Below, one piece after another: positions 1 through 10,547 of a stretch of DNA of 32,000 bases. The first letter of the stretch is position 1; the number at the start of each line of letters is the position of its first letter. A program made the position numbers and the translations under genes. The notes under the pieces were generated by a model that was not told the DNA's origin, did not search any database, and saw only the letters and a program-made list of their open reading frames with translations. Source of the stretch: Corynebacterium amycolatum. Its GTDB lineage: Bacteria; Actinomycetota; Actinomycetes; Mycobacteriales; Mycobacteriaceae. The stretch lies in assembly GCF_049243625.1 (NCBI RefSeq), contig NZ_CP046975.1; one strand, 5' to 3'.

Positions 1-1226
1 ACCTGCTAGCACCCGGAGCACCGTTGCGCCGTCTGGTCGAGGGGGGCGGCGACACCTCCGTTATTCTGTTTGGCCCTCCTGGAACTGGCAAGACCACTCT
101 TGCCAGTTTGATTTCCGCGGCGACCGGTCGACACTTTGAAGCGCTTTCCGCGCTTAATGCCGGGGTGAAGGAAGTGCGTGCGGTTATCGATACTGCTCGT
201 CGCACGCTCGTTAATCAGGGCATTCAAACGGTGCTCTTCATCGACGAGGTGCACCGCTTCTCTAAGACCCAGCAGGATGCCCTGTTGGGTGCCGTGGAAA
301 ATCGGATTGTCCTTCTCGTTGCGGCAACGACGGAAAACCCATCCTTCTCAGTGGTGTCCCCGCTGCTCAGTCGATCACTGTTGTTACAGTTGCAGCCACT
401 GGATGACGAAGCCGTCGGCACGCTCATTGATCGAGCACTTACTGATGAGCGCGGCCTCAATGGTCGCGTCAGTATTACAGACGATGCACGTAATCAACTC
501 ATTGCGCTGGCAGCTGGTGATGCTCGTCGTTCCCTCACGTACCTCGAGGCAGCCGCAGAAGCCGTAGCCGACGGTGAGCAGATTACCTCTGAGTCGCTTG
601 CCAATTCGATCAACAGGGCCGTGGTTCGCTATGACCGCGATGGCGACCAGCATTACGACGTCACCAGCGCGTTTATTAAGTCCGTTCGAGGGTCTGATGT
701 CGATGCTGCCCTGCACTACTTGGCGCGGATGATTGAGGGTGGGGAAGACCCTCGGTTTATTGCCCGCCGAATCGTAATTCTGGCTAGCGAAGACATCGGT
801 ATGGCAGACCCGACAGCACTGCAAACCGCCGTCGCCGCGGCGCAGGCCGTTGCCTTGATAGGCATGCCGGAAGCCCGGCTGACGCTGGCGCAGGCCACGA
901 TTCACTTGGCCACGGCACCGAAATCCAATTCGGTCATAAGCGCAATCGACGGGGCGTTGAAGGATGTTCGTTCCGGGAAGACCGGGCCGGTGCCACCGCA
1001 TTTGCGCGACGGACATTACAGCGGGGCTAAGGACCTTGGTCACGCGGTGGACTATATCTACCCGCACAATGACCCCATGGGTGTCGTTGCCCAACAGTAT
1101 CCACCAGATCAGTTGGTGGGCACTGATTATTTCGTTCCATCCAATCATGGTCGTGAAAACGGCATGGCTGAGTACCTCGGACGCATTCGCCGAATTATCC
1201 GGGGGAGCCGCCGGAAATCGAAGTAG
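1..1226 (+). CDS. rarA: Replication-associated recombination protein A (RarA/MgsA AAA+ ATPase), 5' end cut by window edge
   Basis: Frame is open from position 3 ([13 protein letters not shown]...) upstream of the track Met at 24, so the true start lies left of the window. Walker [10 protein letters not shown], Walker [11 protein letters not shown], MgsA-type C-terminal domain ([34 protein letters not shown]). Stop TAG 1224-1226. Confidence 0.92.
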   Translation, partial: LLAPGAPLRRLVEGGGDTSVILFGPPGTGKTTLASLISAATGRHFEALSALNAGVKEVRAVIDTARRTLVNQGIQTVLFIDEVHRFSKTQQDALLGAVENRIVLLVAATTENPSFSVVSPLLSRSLLLQLQPLDDEAVGTLIDRALTDERGLNGRVSITDDARNQLIALAAGDARRSLTYLEAAAEAVADGEQITSESLANSINRAVVRYDRDGDQHYDVTSAFIKSVRGSDVDAALHYLARMIEGGEDPRFIARRIVILASEDIGMADPTALQTAVAAAQAVALIGMPEARLTLAQATIHLATAPKSNSVISAIDGALKDVRSGKTGPVPPHLRDGHYSGAKDLGHAVDYIYPHNDPMGVVAQQYPPDQLVGTDYFVPSNHGRENGMAEYLGRIRRIIRGSRRKSK

Positions 1227-1354
1227 GCGAGATCGGTCGGGATCTACGGGGTGCCGGTGGGGTGGTTTTAAAGTTGCTCGAACCGAGCGGGTAGACTGCT
1301 AGTTTTGTATTAAACATCTCGGACGCTCGACGTGAAACGAGGAAGTAGAACACC

Positions 1355-4015
1355 GTGCAGACTCATGAAATTCGAAATCGCTTCATCCAGCATTTCGTAA
1401 AGGCGGGACACACCGAGGTCCCCAGTGCCTCCCTGGTTTTGGATGACCCGAACCTGCTGTTCGTTAATGCCGGCATGGTGCCGTTCAAGCCCTACTTCCT
1501 CGGCAATGAGACTCCGGACTTCTCCACCGCGACCTCGATTCAGAAGTGCGTGCGCACACTGGACATTGAAGAGGTGGGTATCACCACTCGCCACAACACC
1601 TTCTTCCAGATGGCGGGTAACTTCTCATTCGGAAATTACTTCAAGGAAGGTGCCATCACTCATGCATGGAGCCTTCTGACTGGTGCTGTTGAGGACGGCG
1701 GCTTTGGCATCCCGGCTGAGAAGCTGTGGGTAACGGTTTTCCTCGACGACGATGAGGCCCATGACATCTGGCACGAGAAGGTTGGTGTACCGGAGGAGCG
1801 CATTCAGCGCCGAGGTATGGCGGACAACTACTGGTCCATGGGTGTACCTGGCCCGTGTGGTCCGTGCTCAGAGATTTTCTACGATCGCGGCCCGGAGTAC
1901 GGTGCTGATGGTGGCCCAGAGGCCGACGAGGATCGCTACATCGAGATTTGGAACCTCGTCTTCATGGAAAACGAGCGTGGCGAAGGAACAGGCAAGGACT
2001 CTTTCGAGATTCTTGGCCCGTTGCCGAAGAAGAACATCGATACCGGTATGGGTATCGAGCGTGTTGCTTTCCTGCTGCAGGGTGTCGACAACGTCTACGA
2101 AACTGACCTACTGCGTCCGGTTATCGACGAGGCAGAGCGGCTAACCGGTTCGAAATACAGCTCGAACCACCAGGACAACATCCGTTTCCGCGTCATCGCT
2201 GACCACAGCCGTACCGGCTTGATGCTGATGCTCGACGGCGTCACTCCCTCGAACTCCGATCGTGGCTATATTCTGCGTCGCCTTCTGCGCCGTATTATCC
2301 GCTCTGCGCGCTTGCTCGGAGCTAACGGTCCAGTGCTGGAGAAGCTGATTGGTATCGCGGCCGAGACCATGACCCCGTCGTACCCAGAGATCGCGGAGAA
2401 CTGGAACCGTATTCGCCGCGTCGCCGTCGCCGAGGAAAAGACCTTCACCAAGACTCTGTCCGCTGGTGAGGAGCTGTTCGAGCGCGCGGCCACCAAGGCC
2501 AAGGCAGAGGGTAAAACCGTTCTATCCGGTCACGATGCCTTCACCCTGCATGACACCCACGGCTTCCCAATCGACCTGACCATCGAGATGGCCGAAGAAG
2601 CTGGCCTGACCATCGACCGCGAGGAATTCGATCGCGAGATGGCTGAGCAGCGTGCGCGTGCAAAGGCCGACAGCCAGGCAAAGAAACAGTCGCACACCGA
2701 CCTGCACGTCTACCGCGAGTTCATCGATGAACACCCGACGTCCTTCACTGGTTACGATCGGCTTGCCGACGAATCCACGATTCTCGGCATCATTGCCGAT
2801 GGCCAGAAGCAGGCGTTTGCCGCAGAGGGCGATGAGATTGAGGTTATCCTCGACCGCACTCCGCTCTATGCCGAGGCCGGAGGTCAGCTGGCTGACCGTG
2901 GTCGAATCGTGACTGATTCCGGCGCTGTGGTCCACATCAACGATGTCCAAAAGGTGGGCAAGAAGCTGTGGCTGCACAAGGGCATCGTCACAGCCGGTGA
3001 GTTTACCCCGGGCGTCTCCGCTGAAGCTTTGGTAGACGAGCAGTGGCGTCACGGTGCTCGTCAGGCGCACACTGCAACTCACCTGATTCACGGTGCTCTG
3101 CGTCAGGTACTGGGGGATACTGCAACTCAGGCTGGTTCCATGAATAAGCCGGGCTACCTCCGTTTCGACTTCAAGTACGGTGAGCAGCTCACACCGGAAC
3201 AGCTCCGTGAGATTGAGCAGATTACCAATGAGGCTGTCGACAACGACTGGGCTGTCAATACTGCCGAGATGCCGTTGGAAGAGGCCAAGGCCGCTGGTGC
3301 CATGGCATTGTTCAACGAAAACTACGGCGACATCGTCCGCGTTGTCGAGGTCGGTGGCCCGTTCTCAATTGAGCTGTGTGGCGGTACCCACGTTTCGCAT
3401 TCTTCGCAGATTGGTCCGGTAGCTGTGCTGGGCGAGTCCTCTGTCGGATCGGGCGTGCGCCGTATTGAGGCCTACTCGGGTATGGATTCCTTCCGCTACC
3501 TGTCCACCGAGCGTCTCCTGGCTGAACGACTGGCCACTGAATTCAAGGCTCCGTCTGCTGAGCTGCCAGACCGCATCGCAGCATTGGCTGAGAAGCTCAA
3601 GGCTGCAGAGAAGCAGCTCGCTGATTTCAAGGCCGGACAGCTGCTGGCCAATGCCGCATCTCACCTGGAGTCCGCTCGCACCATCGGCGATGTTACTTAC
3701 CTCGGCCTTAAGCTTCCCGACGGTACGGAGATGAAGGACATCCGTTCGCTGGCTAATGACTTGGCGAAGCGTCTTGCGGATCGCCCAAGCGTTATTGCGT
3801 TGATTTCCAACGCTGGCGGCAAGGTTCCATTTGTGGCCTCGGTTTCGGATGAAGCCGTCAATCGCGGTATTAAGGCCGGCGATTTGGTGAAGCTGATGGG
3901 CGCCGAGGTCGGCGGCAAGGGCGGCGGTAAACCGGCAATGGCACAGGGCTCCGGCTCTGATGCCTCCGGTATCGACGCAGCATTGGCCGCTGTTGAGGCC
4001 GAACTGTCCAAGTAG
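1355..4015 (+). CDS. alaS: Alanine--tRNA ligase
   Basis: 886-aa ORF with GTG start at 1355 and GAGGAAG about 9 nt upstream. N-terminus [14 protein letters not shown], class II core [15 protein letters not shown], editing-domain HTATHLIH and CGGTHV, C-terminal [13 protein letters not shown]. Confidence 0.97.
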   Translation: MQTHEIRNRFIQHFVKAGHTEVPSASLVLDDPNLLFVNAGMVPFKPYFLGNETPDFSTATSIQKCVRTLDIEEVGITTRHNTFFQMAGNFSFGNYFKEGAITHAWSLLTGAVEDGGFGIPAEKLWVTVFLDDDEAHDIWHEKVGVPEERIQRRGMADNYWSMGVPGPCGPCSEIFYDRGPEYGADGGPEADEDRYIEIWNLVFMENERGEGTGKDSFEILGPLPKKNIDTGMGIERVAFLLQGVDNVYETDLLRPVIDEAERLTGSKYSSNHQDNIRFRVIADHSRTGLMLMLDGVTPSNSDRGYILRRLLRRIIRSARLLGANGPVLEKLIGIAAETMTPSYPEIAENWNRIRRVAVAEEKTFTKTLSAGEELFERAATKAKAEGKTVLSGHDAFTLHDTHGFPIDLTIEMAEEAGLTIDREEFDREMAEQRARAKADSQAKKQSHTDLHVYREFIDEHPTSFTGYDRLADESTILGIIADGQKQAFAAEGDEIEVILDRTPLYAEAGGQLADRGRIVTDSGAVVHINDVQKVGKKLWLHKGIVTAGEFTPGVSAEALVDEQWRHGARQAHTATHLIHGALRQVLGDTATQAGSMNKPGYLRFDFKYGEQLTPEQLREIEQITNEAVDNDWAVNTAEMPLEEAKAAGAMALFNENYGDIVRVVEVGGPFSIELCGGTHVSHSSQIGPVAVLGESSVGSGVRRIEAYSGMDSFRYLSTERLLAERLATEFKAPSAELPDRIAALAEKLKAAEKQLADFKAGQLLANAASHLESARTIGDVTYLGLKLPDGTEMKDIRSLANDLAKRLADRPSVIALISNAGGKVPFVASVSDEAVNRGIKAGDLVKLMGAEVGGKGGGKPAMAQGSGSDASGIDAALAAVEAELSK

Positions 4016-4052
4016 TCAATTAACGGCTGTGCTATCGGAAGAGCAGTAAACA

Positions 4053-4556
4053 ATGGCTAAGCCCCGCATTGATACCCCCGGTCAGGATGATCCCGGTTGG
4101 GGTCGGCGGCTCGGAATCGACGTCGGCGATGTCCGCGTTGGTGTCGCAGTCTCTGACCCCGACTGTATCCTGGCGACCCCGGTTGAAACAGTCACTCGAG
4201 CAACGGGGCGAAAAGATCCTGACGGGCCGGATATTGACCGGCTCGTGGGACTCGCCACTGAACTTGAGGTCGTCGAGATTGTTGTCGGGATGCCCCTTAT
4301 GCTCGACGGCACGTTCGGGACTTCTGCGCGGAAAGCTACTGACGTTGGATTCCGGCTGCAGCGCCGACTCGGTGACCGAGTCGTAGTGCATTACGCCGAT
4401 GAACGGATGACGACGGTAATGGCTCAATCAAGGCTGCACGCAGCAGGTATTGATGTTAAGTCCGGGCGGAAGATTATTGACCAGGCTGCGGCAGTAGAAA
4501 TTCTACAATCCTGGTTGGACAGACGGGCAAAATCTTTGGACGAAAATACCGACTAG
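4053..4556 (+). CDS. ruvX: Putative pre-16S rRNA nuclease / Holliday-junction-resolvase-like protein (YqgF/RuvX)
   Basis: 167 aa with YqgF-type N-terminus [30 protein letters not shown] and central [23 protein letters not shown] upstream of ATG 4053. Conserved position directly after alaS. Confidence 0.9.
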   Translation: MAKPRIDTPGQDDPGWGRRLGIDVGDVRVGVAVSDPDCILATPVETVTRATGRKDPDGPDIDRLVGLATELEVVEIVVGMPLMLDGTFGTSARKATDVGFRLQRRLGDRVVVHYADERMTTVMAQSRLHAAGIDVKSGRKIIDQAAAVEILQSWLDRRAKSLDENTD

Positions 4557-4617
4557 GGGCACACAAAAGTTACCGAAAGGTGACAATTCACCCACCTTTG
4601 CGCAATTATTAAGTGTG

Positions 4618-4623
4618 TAATAT
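4618..4623 (+). promoter_or_regulatory. Candidate -10 hexamer (TAATAT, preceded by TGTG) in the ruvX-mltG spacer
   Basis: Lies in the AT-rich 258-nt spacer. A second -10-like TACAAT is at 4679-4684. Sequence inspection only; neither has a convincing -35. Confidence 0.25.
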
Positions 4624-4814
4624 CTGAGCACGTTTCTGCGTGCATGGGATTTGAAAAGTTGAAGTGGCGATTCACACCTACAATGCAACCTAGTGCTACG
4701 ACTTCGTCGTAAAGCTATGTCGTACCAGTCGCTGTTAGTCGCGTGTCGCACCCAAATGGGAAGACTCCGCGCTGATACCGATGGGAGAGTGAGCTGCGTT
4801 CGAGGAGATTATTG

Positions 4815-6041
4815 ATGAGTAAAGACGCGCAGACTGCGCGCCGCACTGGTAGCGGCGGTGACGACCGGGACCGCGCTGGTGCTCGCAGCGGTGGGACAAA
4901 GCCTCGGGTTCGCCACCGCCAAACGGCAGTGGCAATCAATGTGACTTCTGTCCTGTTATGCGTGTTCGTCCTCGCAGTGATTGGCCTCGTCTGGAATCGT
5001 GGGGGCATTGTAGACGATTACGACGGCAAAGCCGAGGGGCCAATGACGATTGTTGAGGTCAGTGAAGGCACGTCACTTACTGATTTGTCCAACCAATTGG
5101 TGGAAAGCGGCGTCGTCAAGTCTTCCCGTGCATTCATCCAGGCCGCGAATGAAAACTCCCATTCAAGTGAATTGCAGCCGGGTTTCTACCGACTCCACCA
5201 GCGGATGAAGGCCGATGAGACCGTCGAGGCTCTTCTGGATGTCGAAAATCAGGTCGGTACCGTTGACATTCCGACTGGCGCCCGTTTCGCCGATACCCGC
5301 ATTGTGTCCTCATCGGATGTGCGTAAGGGAATTTTCTCGCTTATTTCAGAGGCCACTTGCGTTGAGGACAATGACTGCGTGTCCAAGACCGATCTCGAAC
5401 GTGCTGCTGGCGAGGCTGATTTGGCCGCGCTCGGTGTTCCAGAATGGGCACGGGACGCGGTAACTGCGCGTGGCAACGACCCTCGTCGTCTTGAGGGACT
5501 CATTACGCCAGGTGTTCATCACCTTGACCCGCAGCAGACGCCCGAACAGATGCTGGCAAAATTGGTCAAGGAATCGGTGAAGAACTATGAGGACACAGGG
5601 CTCATGGCTTCAGCGGACATGGTTGGTCTGTCTCCATACGAGCTGATTACCGCAGCTTCTCTGATTCAGATGGAGTCGCCAGATGGTGACTTCGATAAGG
5701 TCGCTCGCGTTATTCTGAACCGTCTGGAGGAGCCGATGCAGCTGCAGTTCGACTCGACAGTCAATTACGATCTGCCGGATCAGGAAATCGCAACCACGGA
5801 TGAGGACCGCGCGCGAAAGACCGCATGGAACACCTACGCCAAGGAGGGGCTGCCGGAAACCCCTATTGCTTCGCCCTCCATCGAGGCGATTCGTGCCATG
5901 GAAAATCCGGCTGACGGCACCTGGCTGTACTTTGTCACGGTGGACAAGGAAGGGAATACCGTCTTTAGCACGACCTTCGAAGAGCACGAGGCCGCTATTG
6001 ACGAGTCACGCAGCAATGGCGTGCTGGATTCGAACCGCTAA
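4815..6041 (+). CDS. mltG: Endolytic murein transglycosylase MltG (YceG-like)
   Basis: ATG 4815 is 7 nt after GAGGAG (4802-4807); the track starts one codon earlier at TTG 4812. Basic cytoplasmic tail, a single TM (VTSVLLCVFVLAVIGLVW), then a YceG-like domain (LITAASLIQMESP, ILNRLEEPMQLQFDSTVNY, AWNTYAKEGLPETPIASPS). Confidence 0.9.
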   Translation: MSKDAQTARRTGSGGDDRDRAGARSGGTKPRVRHRQTAVAINVTSVLLCVFVLAVIGLVWNRGGIVDDYDGKAEGPMTIVEVSEGTSLTDLSNQLVESGVVKSSRAFIQAANENSHSSELQPGFYRLHQRMKADETVEALLDVENQVGTVDIPTGARFADTRIVSSSDVRKGIFSLISEATCVEDNDCVSKTDLERAAGEADLAALGVPEWARDAVTARGNDPRRLEGLITPGVHHLDPQQTPEQMLAKLVKESVKNYEDTGLMASADMVGLSPYELITAASLIQMESPDGDFDKVARVILNRLEEPMQLQFDSTVNYDLPDQEIATTDEDRARKTAWNTYAKEGLPETPIASPSIEAIRAMENPADGTWLYFVTVDKEGNTVFSTTFEEHEAAIDESRSNGVLDSNR

Positions 6042-6055
6042 GAGGTAGAACTCCT

Positions 6056-6871
6056 ATGCCTATAACTCATCGCGCAGCCGTGCTGGGAGATCCGATTGAT
6101 CACTCGTACTCGCCGGCTATTCACAACGCCGGTTACTGCGCTGCGGGAATGAATGACTGGCACTATGACCGCATTCGGTGCAACGCCGAAGAGCTTGCCG
6201 ACGTCGTTGGTGGCGCAGACCCCAGTTTCCAGGGGTTTTCCGTCACGATGCCCGGCAAGTTTGCCGCGCTGGACTTCGCCGATGAAGTCAGTGAGCGCGC
6301 ACGGCTAATTGGTTCGGCGAACACCCTGGTCCGTCGCGATTCGGGCTGGTTCGCCGACAACACTGATGGTGACGGTGTATTGGGAGCACTGCGCGAGATT
6401 GACTGCACGAACGCACCACGTGGTCGCGCCGTTGTTGTTGGTGCCGGTGGCACGGCACGACCGGCACTTTGGGCGCTATCGCAGCTGGGTGTCAATCATG
6501 TGACTGTAATAGCGCGCTCCAAGCGCGCATATGACATTGAACCGCTAGCTGCCGCGCTGGGGATGGAATTTGTTTGGGTGACTTTTGACGCTCCAAACCT
6601 GGCAGATATTGCTGGCAATGCCGACGTGCTGGTCTCTACGGTGCCGTCAGCCGCAATTGAATCGGTTGCTGGCTACCTCGCTCGAGCACCGAAGATTCTC
6701 GATGTTATTTACAATCCCTGGCCAACCCCACTTGTGAAAGCAGCCGAACGCGGAGGGACACAGGCGGTCGGTGGACTGTCCATGTTGCTACATCAAGCGG
6801 TGGGACAGTTCGAGCAGTTCACTGGGCGCACTCCCGATGTCGAGGCGATGCGTGCAGCGCTGCCGATCTAA
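6056..6871 (+). CDS. aroE: Shikimate dehydrogenase
   Basis: 271 aa. AAVLGDPIDHSYSPAIHNAGY substrate-binding N-terminus, FSVTMPGK, ADNTDGDG, VVGAGGTARPA nucleotide-binding loop. AGAGG RBS before ATG 6056. Confidence 0.93.
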   Translation: MPITHRAAVLGDPIDHSYSPAIHNAGYCAAGMNDWHYDRIRCNAEELADVVGGADPSFQGFSVTMPGKFAALDFADEVSERARLIGSANTLVRRDSGWFADNTDGDGVLGALREIDCTNAPRGRAVVVGAGGTARPALWALSQLGVNHVTVIARSKRAYDIEPLAAALGMEFVWVTFDAPNLADIAGNADVLVSTVPSAAIESVAGYLARAPKILDVIYNPWPTPLVKAAERGGTQAVGGLSMLLHQAVGQFEQFTGRTPDVEAMRAALPI

Positions 6872-6882
6872 CTCACACCCGT

Positions 6883-6888
6883 TACAAT
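6883..6888 (+). promoter_or_regulatory. Candidate -10 hexamer (TACAAT) giving a near-leaderless transcript for the A24 peptidase gene
   Basis: TACAAT ends 9 nt before ATG 6898, so an expected start at A6894/G6895 leaves a 3-4 nt leader. No SD is present. TGCCGA (6861-6866) is a weak -35 at 16-nt spacing. Confidence 0.3.
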
Positions 6889-6897
6889 CCCAAAGTT

Positions 6898-7509
6898 ATG
6901 GGGTGGGACATAACTGAGATAGGGCTGTCTCCGATTGGACAGCACAGGATTGACCCGGTCTACCTTGACCGGGTTTTCTATTACCTAGTCGTGTTGCTTG
7001 TTCTCGGCTGGGGCGGTACTGGCTGCTGGTTGGATGTGATCCGGCGAAGACTGCCGAACTGGTGGTTGATGCTAGGGGGAGTGGGCCTGATAGCGATCAC
7101 TGGAATGGTGCTCCAGCATAAAGGCACCTTGGCTGACGATTTCGCCAGTGCAGTCGCAGCCATAGGAACAGGAATAGGCCTCTGGTTTGGCCTCTATGTA
7201 GCAGTCTTCATAATCAACCGACGCTCTATGGGGGCTGGAGATGTGAAGCTCGCAGCAATTCTCGGTGGCGGTGTCGGTGTGGTATCGGGCGAGCCGGTGG
7301 CGGCAGCGATCTGGATTGCAGTGGCAATTCTGTTGGCTGCGGGACTCACTCTCCTCATCGCAGTAGTCACGGCGGGAAAGCGGGGCTGGGGTGACCGTCG
7401 TAAAGCAAAAACCGCGCGTGTGCCGGCGAGCGTGCCTCATGGGCCTGCAATGCTTGCAGCAACTGCCATTGTGTGGGGGATAAGCGGAGGGCACCTACAA
7501 GTCCCCTGA
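6898..7509 (+). CDS. A24-family prepilin peptidase, short TadV/CpaA-like type (no N-terminal methyltransferase domain)
   Basis: 203-aa polytopic membrane protein with about 6 hydrophobic segments. First aspartyl motif WLDVIRRRLPNWW (D-x5-LPN, cf. CpaA/TadV D-x5-IPN). Second aspartyl motif MGAGDVKLAAILGG (GxGD-x-KL). No SD before ATG 6898; TACAAT lies 10 nt upstream. Confidence 0.8.
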   Translation: MGWDITEIGLSPIGQHRIDPVYLDRVFYYLVVLLVLGWGGTGCWLDVIRRRLPNWWLMLGGVGLIAITGMVLQHKGTLADDFASAVAAIGTGIGLWFGLYVAVFIINRRSMGAGDVKLAAILGGGVGVVSGEPVAAAIWIAVAILLAAGLTLLIAVVTAGKRGWGDRRKAKTARVPASVPHGPAMLAATAIVWGISGGHLQVP

Positions 7510-7534
7510 AGCGGTAGACCAGGGGCGATAAAAT

Positions 7535-7561
7535 GGGGCATATTTGAAACTTGTATGCCCC
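7535..7561 (+). terminator. Perfect 8-bp hairpin between the A24 peptidase gene and aroC (no U-tract)
   Basis: GGGGCATA - TTTGAAACTTG - TATGCCCC, 26 nt after the peptidase stop. Followed by CAAATGC, so not a canonical intrinsic terminator. Confidence 0.35.
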
Positions 7562-7603
7562 CAAATGCACAAGAAGTACGGCAAACGTGACATTATGATA
7601 CCT

Positions 7604-8791
7604 ATGCTTCGTTGGACTACCGCGGGTGAATCTCACGGCAAAGCGCTTATCGCTCTCGTAGAAGGTGCGCCAGCCGGACTTCCCCTGACTACAGATGACG
7701 TATCACGCCACCTCGCACGCCGCCGTCTCGGTTATGGTCGCGGCGCGCGAATGAAGTTTGAGGCTGATGAGGTCACGCTGCTGACTGGCATTCGACATGG
7801 TGAGACGCTGGGATCGCCGATTGGCATAATGGTCGGCAACTCCGAATGGCCCAAGTGGACTGAGGTCATGAGCCCGGATCCGGTTGAGCCAGCTGTTTTG
7901 GATACAGCTCGTGGCGCCACCTTAACCCGCCCGCGCCCGGGGCATGCCGATTTCAACGGCATGCTGAAGTACAATCACACCGATGCTCGAAACATCCTGG
8001 AGCGGTCATCGGCTCGTGAGACTGCAGCACGTGTGGCGGCATCAGTTGTGGCCCGCTCAATTCTGCGTGAGACTCTCGGTGTGGAAGTTGTCAGCCACGT
8101 TATTTCCATCGGTCGTTCCGAGCCCTACGAGGGGCCACTGCCGACCTTCGCCGATCAGGACAAGATTGACGAGTCGCCAGTGCGTGCATTCTCCGCAGCT
8201 GCGGAGGAGTCGATGATTGACGAAATCAAGGCCGCCAAGAAGCAGGGCGACACTCTCGGTGGCATCGTCGAGATCGTTGTCCACGGTCTGCCGGTGGGGC
8301 TGGGATCGCACATTTCCGGTGATGCCCGTCTGGATTCGCAGCTTGCAGGTGCCTTGATGGGAATTCAGTCCGTCAAGGGCGTGGAGATCGGCGACGGTTT
8401 TGAGGAAGCCCGTCGCCGTGGCACCGAGGCCCATGATGAAATGGTGCGTACCGACGACGGCGTGGATCGTGAAACTAACCGCGCCGGTGGCCTGGAGGGT
8501 GGCATGACTAATGCTCAACCTCTCGTTGTACGTGCTGCGATGAAGCCAATTTCGACCGTTCCGCGTGCGTTGAAGACCGTTGATATGGCCAGCGGCGATG
8601 CAGCTACCGCGATCCACCAGCGCTCTGATGTCTGCGCGGTCCCGGCCGGCGGTGTTGTCGCAGAGGCAATGGTCGCGCTAGTACTGGCGCGTGCAGTAAT
8701 GGAGAAGTTCGGCGGCGATAGCCTGGAGGAAACCAAGCGTAACGTTGAGGGCTACTTGGAGCAGACTCGACGTCGCCTTGATTGGAAATAG
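7604..8791 (+). CDS. aroC: Chorismate synthase
   Basis: Start moved from the track's TTG 7544 to ATG 7604, giving the conserved family N-terminus [24 protein letters not shown] 7595 (MIPMLRW) remains possible. The track extension overlaps an 8-bp hairpin at 7535-7561. Other motifs: [31 protein letters not shown]. Confidence 0.93.
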   Translation: MLRWTTAGESHGKALIALVEGAPAGLPLTTDDVSRHLARRRLGYGRGARMKFEADEVTLLTGIRHGETLGSPIGIMVGNSEWPKWTEVMSPDPVEPAVLDTARGATLTRPRPGHADFNGMLKYNHTDARNILERSSARETAARVAASVVARSILRETLGVEVVSHVISIGRSEPYEGPLPTFADQDKIDESPVRAFSAAAEESMIDEIKAAKKQGDTLGGIVEIVVHGLPVGLGSHISGDARLDSQLAGALMGIQSVKGVEIGDGFEEARRRGTEAHDEMVRTDDGVDRETNRAGGLEGGMTNAQPLVVRAAMKPISTVPRALKTVDMASGDAATAIHQRSDVCAVPAGGVVAEAMVALVLARAVMEKFGGDSLEETKRNVEGYLEQTRRRLDWK

Positions 8792-8831
8792 CGCCACTGT
8801 CGCGCACACGAAGAAGGGTAAAACGAGGGGA

Positions 8832-9353
8832 ATGTCCGTTCCTACTATTGTCCTTGTCGGACCGCCCGGATCGGGAAAGTCCACCATCGGTCGTCGACTG
8901 TCTCGTGCATTGAGCACGAGACTTACGGATACCGATGAGATGATTGAACAGCGCATGGGCAAGACTTGTGGGGAAGTCTTTTCCGAGCTGGGAGAGCCGG
9001 AATTCCGCCGCATCGAGGAACAAGTTGTGGCGGAGGCTCTGACCCACGACGGAATCGTCTCACTTGGCGGTGGTGCCGTGATTTCGCAGGCGACCCGTGA
9101 CCTGCTGGCAGACCATAACGTCGTCTACCTCGAGATCAGCATTGCAGAGGGCGTCCGCCGTACCGCGGGTAACAATTCGCGCCCGGTACTCCAGGCGGCT
9201 GACCCAGAGGCTCATTACCGCGCACTCTATGAGGCTCGCCGAGCTTTCTACGAAGATGCAGCCACTTTCAAGGTGCGTTCCGACGAACGTTCCCCGCAGC
9301 GCGTTGTAGCCGAGATCCTCAGCTACCTCGATGAAACCTGCGACGAGGCTTAA
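8832..9353 (+). CDS. aroK: Shikimate kinase
   Basis: Start moved from 8745 to ATG 8832, with AACGAGGGG RBS just upstream. This gives MSVPTIVLVGPPGSGKSTIGRRL (Walker A near the N-terminus, as in the family), DTDEMIE, SLGGGAV. The track extension overlaps the aroC 3' end. Confidence 0.92.
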   Translation: MSVPTIVLVGPPGSGKSTIGRRLSRALSTRLTDTDEMIEQRMGKTCGEVFSELGEPEFRRIEEQVVAEALTHDGIVSLGGGAVISQATRDLLADHNVVYLEISIAEGVRRTAGNNSRPVLQAADPEAHYRALYEARRAFYEDAATFKVRSDERSPQRVVAEILSYLDETCDEA

Positions 9354-9440
9354 CCGGCGACTATTAAATGGCGGTAGCTAATCACTGCCGCATAACCAGC
9401 AACTCCATACATTTCTTACGCTAACGACTAGGGACTGACA

Positions 9441-10547
9441 ATGAACTCAACCCGCAGAATCCGTGTTGAAGGCCCATCCCCGTACACGGTGACCATGGGG
9501 CATGGACTCACCGAGCAGATTGCGGAGGCCGTTACCTTTGCCTCCCAGGTTGCGGTGATTCACCAGGGGAGCGTTCAAGAGCTGAGCTTCGGCGTCATCA
9601 AGGCACTGGCGGACAAGGGAGTCGATGCCTTCAGCATCCAGATTCCTGATGCGGAGGAGGGCAAGACGCTCACAGTTGCTGAAACAGTTTGGGACACTTT
9701 TGGTGAACGCGGTCTGGGCCGGCGTGACGCGGTAATCGCGATTGGCGGCGGTGCAGCCACAGATTTCGGTGGATTCGTCGCCGCCGCGTGGATGCGTGGA
9801 GTGAAGGTTATCCAGGTCCCGACAACGCTGCTCGGCATGGTCGACGCAGCTGTCGGCGGTAAGACCGGTATCAACACTGCAGCCGGAAAGAACCTGGTCG
9901 GCGCCTTCCACGAGCCTGCCGCGGTGTTCTGTGACCTGGATGTCCTGCGCACCTTGCCGAAGGCTGAACTGATTGCGGGCACGGCAGAGATCATCAAGGC
10001 TGGATTTATCGCGGACACGAAGATTCTCGATCTTTACGAGGCAAACCCGCAGACCTGCCTCGATGTTGACGGTGACTTGCCAGAACTGGTCGAGCGCGCG
10101 ATTGCTGTCAAAGCACGCGTTGTCGCTGAGGATTTGAAGGAATCTGGCCTCCGCGAGATCCTTAACTATGGCCACACTTTCGGTCATGCAGTTGAGCACT
10201 TTGAAAACTACCGTTGGCGCCATGGCCACGCCGTAGCTGTAGGCATGGTTTATGTCGCCGAGCTGGCCAAGATCACCGGACATATTAATCAGGAACTTGT
10301 AGACCGCCACCGTCGCATCCTAGAGTCCATTGGGCTGCCAACGACCTACCAGGCGGGTCGTTTTACCGAGCTCTACGATGCTATGACCAGGGATAAGAAG
10401 AACCGCGATGGTGCGATCCGATTCGTTATTCTGGAAAACCCCGGTGAAACAGCCCGTCTTGAAGGCCCGGGCATGGATGACCTCGAGCGTGCATACGAAC
10501 TGCTCTGCAACAGTGGGCAGGCCGCATCTGAGGAGTCAACCCGCTAA
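9441..10547 (+). CDS. aroB: 3-dehydroquinate synthase
   Basis: 368 aa. [42 protein letters not shown] and HGHAVAVGM metal/NAD-site motifs. Confidence 0.95.
   Translation: MNSTRRIRVEGPSPYTVTMGHGLTEQIAEAVTFASQVAVIHQGSVQELSFGVIKALADKGVDAFSIQIPDAEEGKTLTVAETVWDTFGERGLGRRDAVIAIGGGAATDFGGFVAAAWMRGVKVIQVPTTLLGMVDAAVGGKTGINTAAGKNLVGAFHEPAAVFCDLDVLRTLPKAELIAGTAEIIKAGFIADTKILDLYEANPQTCLDVDGDLPELVERAIAVKARVVAEDLKESGLREILNYGHTFGHAVEHFENYRWRHGHAVAVGMVYVAELAKITGHINQELVDRHRRILESIGLPTTYQAGRFTELYDAMTRDKKNRDGAIRFVILENPGETARLEGPGMDDLERAYELLCNSGQAASEESTR

Noticed and set aside
1248-1265. G-rich run GGGGTGCCGGTGGGGTGG followed by TTTT after rarA (G-quadruplex or terminator)
   Set aside because: Only two of the four runs have 3 or more G, so at best a weak two-tetrad structure. 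The neighbouring hairpin AGATC-N6-GATCT has only 5 bp. No support beyond composition.
4644-4712. 22-codon small ORF (MGFEKLKWRFTPTMQPSATTSS) in the ruvX-mltG spacer
   Set aside because: No SD or promoter context, no distinctive composition, and a length compatible with chance.
4741-4811. Possible c-di-AMP (ydaO-type) or other riboswitch ahead of the cell-wall gene mltG, prompted by GCACCC and CCGAUGGG strings
   Set aside because: The other conserved ydaO blocks and the pseudo-two-fold helical architecture are not evident, and the match consists of short strings only. It needs a covariance-model scan and is not claimable by eye.
7544-7603. 5' extensions of aroC (7544), aroK (8745-8831) and def (28731-28766) in the ORF track
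   Set aside because: The extensions add non-conserved residues ahead of highly conserved family N-termini ([41 protein letters not shown]). They overlap a hairpin, the upstream gene or the spacer, and better RBS-positioned internal starts exist for aroK and def.
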